NCBI RefSeq assembly: GCF_025526975.1
Contig: NW_026515698.1
Span: 1-64,000 of the forward strand
Origin: Fimicolochytrium jonesii
Lineage: Eukaryota
Length of the DNA stretch: 64,000 bases
Direction of reading: 5' to 3'
Under the pieces are notes generated by a model. The model was not told the DNA's origin and searched no databases. It saw nothing but the letters and a program-made list of their open reading frames with translations. Of this stretch, positions 1-9,847 are shown in pieces. The position numbers were made by a program, and so were the translations under genes. Positions within the stretch are counted from its first letter, which is position 1, and every line of letters begins with the position of its first letter.

Positions 1-154
1 ACTGAAGAACAGCTCCAGGTTGCCTTTGGCCAGACTTTTATAAAAGGAGAGGGCTGTTCAGATTCCCTCCCTCCAAAAGCACGCACCACCACCACGTTTC
101 AGCACCTACGCCAATACCGACACCAATACCATCGCCAACACCAGGGCCAACACC

Positions 155-1723
155 ATGCCTTTCACCGCATTCACCAACAACACCCTTTCGCCGTCGAGCC
201 TTACCTCATCCATGTCGAACACCAGCCTTCAGGTCGAAATCTCCCAGACCTCATCCAGCATCGGCAGTTTGGATGTGGAGTTGTCCATTTCTGGTTCAAA
301 CGGCTCCAACTTTCATCATCATAGTGATGAGGGGCGTGAGGACATCGAGTTGCCAACTTCTCGCTCAAGCTCTTCAGATGAGGAACACCATCACTCTCCT
401 GCCCCTCAGGATGAGCAGTTTGGGGTCTTTCGCAGTACTGGCTACTTTGATGTGGACTGGATGGCCTTTACGCTCCCTACCACAAAGCTGACCACCCTCT
501 TTGGTGCCTTCACCTTGGTTGAACTGTCTGGAGTGATGCAGCATATCAAGGACAGTGAAGCTTTCGCCGGTTGGATGCGGATCGCTAGCAGACCTTGTGT
601 CATTAGCATTCCATTCAATCCAGAGTCAAAGGCAAGGATTCTTGAGTTACTTCACAATGAACATTCGATCATCGTGAGGGAAAGCACGGATCACTCACGA
701 TTGATTGCTGGGCGGCAAAATCTGTTGATGTCTGGGTTCCAGGACATCATTGGTGCTGTGTCACCCTCTGTACGCATTGTGCAGTATGGAATGAAGCAAC
801 GCATTCGGACTTTGCCAGCTTATTCCTTTGATCAGGAAGTGAGCAACCATCCCGATGCTGCACTGAACACATGGGACATTGGTCAGACGTTGAACACTCA
901 TGGGGTCATTCCTTTGGTTCGCTACAATGGACGTGGAGTTGGCGCCACCTTTCCCATGCTCACCATCCTTGGTGAGGGATTTGGGTCCACCCGCTTTGAC
1001 ATTGCGGGTCACGCCAATGTTTGGGTTACTTGCTATCCAAAGCTTGTTCATGCGCTCAAAGCCTACTCTTCGACTTTGTCTTCGCGAATGCCCCAAACCA
1101 AGTCCAGCCTTGGGGATCGCAGTGAGACACTGAGAGGTTTACGTCAATGGCTCAACAGTCACCCGCTCCACATTACTGGCATGCGAGTTGAAGTGCGAGT
1201 TCAGTGCGCCAGGTTGGAATCAGCGGAACAGATGGTTTTGAATCTCCATTTGGACCAGATCGAGACCATTTTCCAGCACATGGGCGCAAACTCCTTGAAG
1301 CTTGTGCCGGTGGAAGAGTACTACAGTCTCATCAATGGCATCATGGACGCTGCCACCAGAGTTCTATTCAGAGGAGATCGCAATAGACAGACTACTGTGA
1401 CAGACTGTCAGCGCTTCCGAGATGTTCTCAACTCTTTTGGTTTCAATCCCGGATGGTTCAAAGGCATTGCACCCGTCATTGATCCTGCTCGTGCTTGGTG
1501 GGGTCATGGGGATGGGGAAGTGCCTGATGCTGCTCCCATTGGCAATATCCGTGAACTCTTCCATCAGCATCGTGATCAGCTTCAATGTCCCAACTGTGGA
1601 GGCTCAGCTTTTCATAGCATTGGCGGTCAGCATCGTTTCCGTCTCCGCTGCGCCAGGTACCCTGAGTGCCATACGACTTTTGGACAGAACCAAGTCCGTG
1701 ACATGCTTGCGGAAGTCCTTTAG
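155..1723 (+). CDS. Intronless 522-aa orphan protein of a telomere-associated unit; low-complexity N-terminus, C-terminal C4 zinc ribbon
   Basis: Long ORF with TATAAAA at ~39-45 and AATAAA at ~1799; CPNC...CARYPEC at the C-terminus; a diverged paralogue at 2799-3282 supports real coding. Confidence 0.8.
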   Translation: MPFTAFTNNTLSPSSLTSSMSNTSLQVEISQTSSSIGSLDVELSISGSNGSNFHHHSDEGREDIELPTSRSSSSDEEHHHSPAPQDEQFGVFRSTGYFDVDWMAFTLPTTKLTTLFGAFTLVELSGVMQHIKDSEAFAGWMRIASRPCVISIPFNPESKARILELLHNEHSIIVRESTDHSRLIAGRQNLLMSGFQDIIGAVSPSVRIVQYGMKQRIRTLPAYSFDQEVSNHPDAALNTWDIGQTLNTHGVIPLVRYNGRGVGATFPMLTILGEGFGSTRFDIAGHANVWVTCYPKLVHALKAYSSTLSSRMPQTKSSLGDRSETLRGLRQWLNSHPLHITGMRVEVRVQCARLESAEQMVLNLHLDQIETIFQHMGANSLKLVPVEEYYSLINGIMDAATRVLFRGDRNRQTTVTDCQRFRDVLNSFGFNPGWFKGIAPVIDPARAWWGHGDGEVPDAAPIGNIRELFHQHRDQLQCPNCGGSAFHSIGGQHRFRLRCARYPECHTTFGQNQVRDMLAEVL

Positions 1724-2705
1724 TACTGTTGAATGTCGTTGATAACTTTACACCAAAACCCTTTTCTGAATGTGCGCTTTTCCAATGTACTCTAAATCAA
1801 TAAATGCAATACTACTTTCCACCATTTTAAATGTTCCATGACAGAGACAGTTTGGCTGAATTTAATAAGTGATCTGGGAAATCTCTAACCCCAACCCTCT
1901 CACTCTGCGTACCCTGCAAGCAAGCCCAGGTCACGTGCTCTAACCTGCATGGACAAACTGTAGAACACTGCTTTAACCGGAAAATGTTCAACAGTTTTGG
2001 TAAATGACATTCCGCAACGGTCCTACAAACAGTCTACGATGCACAGCGGAATCACAAAATATTTACTGGAGAACACAGCCAAACCCCTTTGCCTGCACAT
2101 ACGTACTCGTGTCTTTTGTTAGGAGATCTTGGGGGTCACTACTTGAGAATTGAAAAGGGGCCCTGTTCTTCAGCCAAAAGCAAGGTTACACAAGATTTGC
2201 TACCACATCAGCTATGCAAACCATAGGCTACAATCAACTTTCATTAAGTGCTCTACACTGGATAGTCAGCCAGATGTTGAGATATCACCACATTTTCCAA
2301 CTTTTTACCCCCCGTTGCGTGAAAATTTCGTTTTTCTAAGTTTCTGAAGCCGTTTCCGCACGGATTGCCAATCCGAGAGTACTTCAATTAGAGAATATGA
2401 TATGGGGCCAACTTTTCAATTAGGACGCCAACTCCGGATCGGCACTAGAAAAATCCCAATTTGCGCAAGTCCTATAACGTATATATAACATATATGTGCC
2501 CTTTATATCAACCCCCCCCCCCCCCCTATTGGCACCCCTGCCGCCCCCCGTACCTGCACCACCGCCCATATGACCCATCACTTGCCCTTGCACACCTAGT
2601 CCTCCCCGACTTGCCTAGGTGCGCAACACCCCCCGCCACTACATCCCTCAGAGTCAAAAATTCGAACTGTAGAACACACCCAAAAGCCAGAAAACTCGAA
2701 AATTT

Positions 2706-2761
2706 CTAAGTCCCTAGGGTTCCAGGCAACCCAATAATAAAACCCAACCCAGGGGGTCTTG
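2706..2761. repeat. 56-bp telomere-adjacent cassette, copy 1 (copy 2 at 6283-6338)
   Basis: ctaagtccctagggttccaggcaacccaataataaaacccaacccagggggtcttg versus ctaagtccttagggttacaggcaacccagtaataaaacccaacccagggggccttg; both are followed directly by (TAACCC)n. Confidence 0.9.
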
Positions 2762-2798
2762 TAACCCTAACCCTAACCCTAACCCTAACCCTAACCCT
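2762..2798 (-). repeat. Interstitial telomeric tract (TTAGGG)6, G-strand on minus
   Basis: Perfect taaccc x6. Confidence 0.95.
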
Positions 2799-3282
2799 GA
2801 ACTCTTGTAGACCGCATCCTTTGCTGCCATGGTCTCCCAGTAAGCCTTCATCCCATACTGCACTATCCTAACCATTCCCCCTTCAACGCATTCCGACAAG
2901 GTCCCAATCAGGGTATCCAACGCCACATGCTGTCTGCCCTGAATCGTGCTATTAGGGCTGTCACTCCCCCGCACAATTATTCCATGGTCCCTATATAATC
3001 CCTCAATGATCCCCTCTCTAACACCCCGACTCGGCGGGATGCTCAGTATGAACGGTTGGCTCACAACCGTAATCCATTCCTTATAGAATGGGTCGTCCTT
3101 GAACGGCGGACAGCGCCCGCCATTTGGACGATGGTGGACCTATCGAACAGCTGGTTAAGATCAGTTAAACTGATCGTAACCGCCATCCAGTCCACATCGT
3201 ATTGATATGGGTGCATGGTGATATTTATTTTACCCCCGGAAAAATCCCTCTGTTGTTGTGTCGAACGCAAGGTTTGAACCAT
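2799..3282 (-). pseudogene. Frameshifted, 3'-truncated paralogue of the 155-1723 ORF
   Basis: YDVDWMAVT / HGIIVR / GRQ / VRIVQYGMK match FDVDWMAFT / HSIIVR / GRQ / VRIVQYGMK; frameshift at ~3062; the frame runs straight into telomeric repeats. Confidence 0.85.
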
Positions 3283-3823
3283 GCACCCTCGGTTGTGAAT
3301 TGAGTATCTTATGCAACTGCGCTATTTGCCATCGATGAAATGCATTGAAAACGTATTCGCCAGATGGGGCGCAGGCTAACCCTAACCAGTATGCGTGCAT
3401 AGTAGAGTTGTATAGAGTGCGCTATGGGTGTCCGGGGACTATGGGAATTCATCTGTAGGGGGTTCCTAGGTAAAGGACATGTGTATGGACTGGCTTTAAT
3501 GCATTCCAGGTGGTGTTGGATTTTGAGAAAAGCGTCAATCCTATTTTGTTTTTTGCATTTTCTGCAGCCGTTTACAGCTTAATTGCGCATCTGAGATGAC
3601 TTTAACTATGAAAACATATATCTGGCTACAACTTTCGTTACGCCCACATCGTGTTTTGGGTGGCGCAGGAAAAAGAAAAAAAAAAGTATCCCCAGCAAAA
3701 CCGGTGTTGGAACTTGGGGCACTAGTTCAAATAACATAAGCACTTGCCACTATGCCAATGTTTGTCGATAGAATGTTACCTGTGTTTGGTCGTATCCACC
3801 AGATGGCGCAAAATGCAAAATTT

Positions 3824-4420
3824 TCGAAAATTCTCTAAGTCCCACCCATTGGAGCTTGCGGGTGCCATAGCTCTGTCAATAGTGATTGAATCTCCCTGGT
3901 TTCACTTCCGTACCTATACTCTCTTTTGAATCCGCACCATTGCCCTGGATGGCCAAGGTGGTACGGATGATGTAGTGCATGCGAATGGACACGCACCGCC
4001 GGTTTTTCGCATATTTTGCTTGTTGATCGGCCAAAAACACTTTTTACCTGCACTTCTCAGCTTTTTGATTGTTTCCCTGACACTGTCAAGCAATGCTAGA
4101 CGTATTTGAAGACATTTTGAAGGAGGAAGAAAAGAAAAGAAGGCCTGGCCCCCTCTGAGAATCGAACCTGCGCCATGAGTCACCAAAATCTTTGAAAATT
4201 CTCTAAGTCCCACTCCTGGGAACTTACGTGTGCCACAGCTCCTTCAATAGTCATTGAATCTCCCTGGTTCCACTTCCGTAACTATATTATCTTTCAAATC
4301 CGCACAACTTTCCTCAGGTGTCCAAGGTGGTGCGGATGACATAGTGCATGCAAACGGACATGCACTGCATGCTTTTTGCATGATTTGCTGGTTGACAAAC
4401 ACCCTGTCATATCCATGTAT
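3824..4420. repeat. Diverged direct repeat, two copies ~370 bp apart (starting ~3826 and ~4194)
   Basis: Shared gaaaattctctaagtcccac ... tcaatagt(g/c)attgaatctccctggtt(t/c)cacttccgta ... ccaaggtggt; a similar gaaaatttctaagtccc motif precedes the cassette at 2698. Confidence 0.8.
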
Positions 4421-4488
4421 TGCAATGCAAAAAGGCATTTGCCATCCTCCACCATCAGGAGGAGCAGTGGAAGAAAAGAAAGTATTTG

Positions 4489-4823
4489 GGCCTCAAAAGG
4501 ATTTGAACATGTAGCAAATTGAGAGCAAACCAAAATGAGTCATTCGCCGCCAAGATGAAGGTTCCTAGATGTTTTTGGGGATGTTTTCTGAGACATATTC
4601 CACTTTAAGCAAATTCCATCCACTCAGAGTTTCAGAAAATGCGTTTTGGTGACATTTTAATAGTAAAAAATCTGAAAAACGGATTTTCCGGGAGCATTGC
4701 GTGGAAAACATGCCCCAAGGTTTTATGTACAGTACAGTAAGACGCCCCTGAACATTGCTAGCAACTTTATTTGACACTTTCCGGACCACCAAAAATAACC
4801 CATAACCCGGAACAGTCCTGTAA
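4489..4823. repeat. Subtelomeric segment duplicated at 5821-6218 (second copy has a ~65-bp insertion)
   Basis: ggatttgaacatg.agcaaattgagagcaaaccaaaatgagtcattcgccgccaa ... aaaaataacccataacc.ggaacagtcctgtaa in both. Confidence 0.9.
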
Positions 4824-4830
4824 GACCCTA

Positions 4831-5490
4831 ATGCCAGTTGGCACTTTTCTCAAGTTACGTGCAAAATGGGTTCCCAGATTTTTGCCTATCTCCTCGATCT
4901 GCATTCCAAAACATTCTCCATTATCAGTCAAACACTCATACGCAAGTCCTTCACATACGTCCATAGGTCATATGTGCAATATCACTAAGTCGGAAATGCA
5001 AGTTGGCACTTTTCTCAAGTTACATGCAAAATGGGTTCCCAGATTTTTGCCTATCTCCTCGATCTGCATTCCAAAACATTCTCCATTATCAGTCAAACAC
5101 TCATACGCAAGTCCTTCACATACGTCCATAGGTCATATGTGCAATATCACTAAGTCGGAAATGCAAGTTGGCACTTTTCCCAAGTTACATGCAAAATGGG
5201 TTCCCAGATTTTTGCCTATCTCCTTGAACTGCATTTCAATACATTCCCCATTATCATTCAAACACTCATCCGCAAGTCCTTCACATACGTCTATAGGTCA
5301 TATGTGTAATATCACTAAGTCGGAAATGCAAGTTGGCACTTTTCTCAAGTTACGTGCAAAATGGGTTCCCACATCTTCGCCTGTCTCCCAGATTGGCATT
5401 CCCACACATTCCCAATTATCGCTCAGATCCCTGTACATAAGTCTCTCGTATATGCTGATAAGTCCAACTTATTCTATTACTAAGTGGAGA
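4831..5490. repeat. 165-bp tandem repeat, 3 near-identical units plus a degenerate fourth
   Basis: Unit starts (atgc.agttggcac) at 4831, 4996, 5161 and 5326. Confidence 0.95.
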
Positions 5491-5579
5491 TCAGACACCA
5501 ATCATAAAGCTACCTGATGGACTCGCGTTAGGGTCCTTTGACTTTAATAAGAAAGGTAGATACATTGTTTTCGGAGGTC

Positions 5580-5712
5580 TGGACAGAAATTTAGGAACCC
5601 ATTTTGCGTGTAACTTGAGTAAAGTCAGATTTCGCCCCACTTTACCAAGGAAAAAAGTTTGTTTTGCATTTCATTCAAGTTACATGCAAAATGGGTTCCC
5701 AAATTTCTGTCT
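5580..5712. repeat. ~39-bp imperfect inverted repeat built from the 165-bp unit core
   Basis: gacagaaatttaggaacccattttgcgtgtaacttga versus tcaagttacatgcaaaatgggttcccaaatttctgtc. Confidence 0.85.
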
Positions 5713-5805
5713 AGGGGCTCGAAAGCCCTCAAACTATAACTTTAATTATCAGCTGTAGCCTGTCTGAGATGATCACCTCAAAACCCTGAACCCAGACCCC
5801 CTTTG

Positions 5806-5820
5806 TAACCCTAACCCTAA
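5806..5820 (-). repeat. Short interstitial telomeric tract at a unit junction
   Basis: taaccctaaccctaa immediately followed by the start of the 5821-6218 duplicate. Confidence 0.85.
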
Positions 5821-6215
5821 GGCCTTAAAGGGATTTGAACATGGAGCAAATTGAGAGCAAACCAAAATGAGTCATTCGCCGCCAACTGGAGAACACCCCC
5901 ATATTGCCTGGAAACAAAAAGTACCAGGAGTTGATGAATACTAGAGTAGATGAAGGTTCCTAGATGTTTTTGGGGTTGTTTTCCAAGACATATTCCACTT
6001 TAAGCGAAATCCATCCACTCAGAGTTTCAGAAAATGCATTTTGGCAATAGTTTCATAGTAAAAAATCGGAAAAACAGATTTTCCCGGGGCATTGAGTGGA
6101 AAACATGCCCCAAAATTTGAAGCACATTACAGTAAGATGCCCCTGAACATTGCTAGCAACTTTGTTTGACACTTTTTGGATGGCCAAAAATAACCCATAA
6201 CCGGGAACAGTCCTG

Positions 6216-6378
6216 TAACCCTAACCCTAACCCTAACCCTAAAGGTTTTATTACTGGGTTGCCTGTAACCCTAACCCTAACCCTAAGTCCTTAGGGTTAC
6301 AGGCAACCCAGTAATAAAACCCAACCCAGGGGGCCTTGTAACCCTAAGCCCTAACCCTAACCCTAACCCTAACCCTAA
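6216..6378 (-). repeat. Three telomeric tracts (6216-6242, 6266-6286, 6339-6378) with cassette copy 2 and a 31-bp perfect inverted repeat
   Basis: Arms 6244-6274 and 6291-6321 are exact reverse complements. Confidence 0.95.
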
Positions 6379-7933
6379 ACCAGTTTGAATACCGATACTG
6401 CTGATCCCGACCGCACGGAACTCAGTCTCGCGGGTGGTCCCGAGATTTCTATTGTCCCGGAGCAATCCTGAAAGGTACAGATGCTACAGTGCAACGAAGC
6501 TGACCATAGCGGAATGGGGTTCATCCACGCTTTCCTGCACATGTAGTATACCGAATAAGTTATATGGGATATCCCCACCTATGTGACATCCGCACCGGTA
6601 TATGGATGGGACTGCCGCCGCTCTTGGCGGTAATGCAGATCAGATGATTCTTATTACAGTACGTTATCTGGCAGAAAGCTTCAAATATGAGTTGCACGTT
6701 GGTTGGGCGCCGTGCTATGATTCGCCCTGCTCAATTTGCCCTTAGACAATGCAAATAGCGCGGTACCCAATTGCTCATATGGGTTGATTGTACTGGTCAT
6801 CCTGCTCCTGACGGACAAATGAGGGAAGTCTAAAAGTTTGTTACGGAGGGAGGAGAGCCTTGTTCCCCTCAGGTCCACCCTGGCTAAGCCACTGACAGTT
6901 TTTTGACGACTTTTGGACTTAACAAGGTTTTCGCAGAACCAAAGTTGCTGCACATGTTGAGCAGTATCTTGACAGCCAGACATGCTAGCAGAAAGATTGA
7001 TTAGGCAGTTTGGTGAAGAAGGCACTGGTTCAGGGTTTGACAACCTCTAACTGGCAAGTTTTACCCAAAAACGGCCAAGGAAAGACAGTTTTACTACTCA
7101 GACTTTTGGGCCTCTGTGTTAAGTTTGTTGCAACAGCTACCCCCACAGACACTTAGAGGGGATTGGCCAAAGTAGGCAACTGGAGCCGTATGCAAAGGGA
7201 ATAGGTCGTCCTGCATGTCTGTGGGATGGTATGGCTGCTCAAAAAAGAGGGTTTTGTGAGGAAACTGCTTTAATTTCCCTAATTGTGCCTTAAGGTAACG
7301 CGTAGAGCGTTTGGGGGTGGCGCAGTGAGGGTGGACCTGAGTTGTTCCCGCCGCTCTCTTTCGTTGGGTGCGTCCGAAAGCGCGTTCCTTCCGCCAGACA
7401 CACAACGGTCCCAGACAGTGCTTCTGTCGCTCGCGCCACTCTCACAAGGATTGGATGGCGACGGCCCATACCGCTCCGTCTAACGGGGCCGGTAAACAAT
7501 TTTTCGCCAGTTTGGCAGTCATTGTGGTCTTGTGATTTGTAGATGGACCAAATTGTTTAATCTCGGCCCTAACCAAGCCGGACCCCTCCGTCCCGGCCCC
7601 CGGTTATGAATGACCTTGGAAAAATGGCCATTGAAGGACCAAGCGCAGCGTTCGCCATTGGGAATTGTCTTCAGACAAGCGACCGGCCAAAATTCCGTAC
7701 TCACTCTACTCCTACTACCAAATTCTCCAAGGCCGACGGCTCACGCTCCTTCGGGTAGGCTCCAATAGATGTTGTGCATGAGGGGTCGCAAGATGAAAAA
7801 ATATCTAGGCAAGCGCCTTGAAGGGCGGAGAGGGAACTTAAAAAGCCGGCGTGGGATATGAACGTCGCGAGCAGAACCAGCCTCATTTCTCGTCTCCGGT
7901 GCCTGTCGTAGTGCACGTTTCACCAATTTAAAG

Positions 7934-9072
7934 ATGAAGCTGTCGTTTGCCACATTGGCGGCCGTCGCCGCGGTTGCCCTTCCGCCCACCGTCGTCGCGA
8001 AAGAATGTCTTGACTGGCCATTGGACAACGTATGCGGTCTTGTGAAGAACAACGCGGGCCAGTCGCTGAAGGTTGCAAACGGATGGGGAAGAAGCAACAA
8101 GGACAGTTACGACGAGTTCGATGGGGAAACCACGTTCAAGAAAGTCACAGTGAACCCCAACCAAAGTAGCAAGGACCAGGGGGTAAGAGAGAAGAGTAGG
8201 GAAAGGGACTTGTGTGTGTGTGAGGGAACTAATCATATATCAATCTTCCAGGTCAAGGATGCGGACGGTGTTTTCGTCCCCAAGGGCTGCAGGTTCACGT
8301 ACGACCAAGAAACGCTGAAAGCAAAATCGTACGACCACGAATGGAGTCGGGAGGGTCGCGATTCCGGCCTGTGGATCAAGATTCAAAGCATCGATATCAT
8401 CACGGTGACGAGGATCTCATGTGCTTCTTCTGGCCCTACACAAGATGCCAAATGTACCAATATCGGTGGAAAGTGCCAGTACACCGCGAATGCCTGCAGC
8501 GCTGGATACTTGACAGGCTATTGCCCTAGTTCCCAGGCCAACGTTAAGTGCTGGTGAGTACCGACTGTTGTTGAAATGAGTAAGCCGTGGGCAACGCTCG
8601 CTGCAGGAACCCGGTTCGGAGGGGGCTCGCTCCTGCCCATATCTCCCGATGATGCTTCGGTTGGAAAACCTTGGTTCAGATCTAATCAGGATCCGTTTTT
8701 GCTTCGCAACAGCCCAAGCAAACCAAGCGGACCGGTCCAGGACACCCAGTGCAAAAACTGGAACGGTGTCTGTCAGAATAGTTCCCAGGGTTGCAGCGGC
8801 GGTTACCGAGTCGGCTTGTGCCCCAGCTCCGGCAACAGCATCAAATGCTGGTAAGGAACAACAAGCGTACAAAACGCATCGCACTTGTGGGCCCTCTTCT
8901 CACCCATTCCTATCGGAAATGTAGCCTTTCCATCAAGCAGGACAATGCATGCCTCGACGCCGGCGGTTTGTGCCAAGACATCAACAAGAAGTCTTGTAAG
9001 AAGGGGTATATGACCGGCAAATGCCCCAGCAGCGGCAACAACATCAAGTGCTGGTACGAGGCTTGCCGATGA
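7934..9072 (+). CDS. Secreted protein: Cys-containing N-domain plus three defensin-like Cys-rich repeats; predicted introns 8183-8251, 8554-8712, 8851-8924
   Basis: Signal peptide MKLSFATLAAVAAVA; repeats C-x3-(G/N)G-x-CQ...C-x2-GY-x2-G-x-CPSS-x4-KC(C); GT-AG introns restore the frame. Confidence 0.85.
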
Positions 9073-9847
9073 GCGTGCGACAGCAATTTTCTTGTCCCTA
9101 ATTCCTTTCCTTCCCCAGCCCTACGACCTTCATCAACACCTAAGTCGTTTAGGACAAGAATAGTGAGCAAGAAGCCGCCACTTGAACCGAGTCATATATT
9201 CTTGCATCTATTTATGTTCAGAGCGCTGATTATCCCGTTATATATTTTCACTTTGAATTTATAATTACTCTTTATAGAATTAATCTCCATAGAATTACTC
9301 TCCGTAGAATCTTTTATTGTTCCATTCAAGCTGGTTCCATTCGAACCTTCCATTAATTTTCAGATCTTTTAACGTTTGACACGCTGTCCACCGGGCAGAA
9401 GACTGGAACCAAAGTCAAGGGCAAAGCAGCAGCAGATGCTGGCGAAGAGACAAGGCGGGCTTCTTGCGGCGGATGCGGAGGTGTATGTGAGGCTTGTCAT
9501 TCGCCATCTTATTGTCGTTGACGATGGCACCGATGCCACTATCTTAAGACTTGGGGTAATTGACTTCAATAACCGATCCATACGGTTTTCAAACGTCGTT
9601 GAGCATGTATTTTCGGAGGTCGCGGAGCGTGATCTCCCTACTCACTGAAGACAGCTGCGTGACTACTTTGAAAGGCCGGGCTGTGATTCTGAGAGCTTTC
9701 AGCCAAACCAGTCCCAATGATAGCAGGATCGCCGAGCCCATGCAAAGATGTTCGGGCGTCTACATATACACTCATCTCCCATTAGATCGCTGTCAGCGAT
9801 AGTTTTCATGTGAAAGAGACTACATATACAGAAAGCAAGCGACTTCC

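Noticed and set aside
4771..5517. 248-aa ORF with 55-aa repeats
   Set aside because: By-product of the 165-bp tandem repeat; non-ATG start and no recognisable domain.
1..6400. Hammerhead ribozymes expected for Penelope/Terminon elements
   Set aside because: No convincing CTGANGA...GAAA core with flanking stems found by eye; a covariance-model search is needed.
6379..7900. Short ORFs and a weak inverted repeat at 7486-7569
   Set aside because: Too short or imperfect to support a feature.
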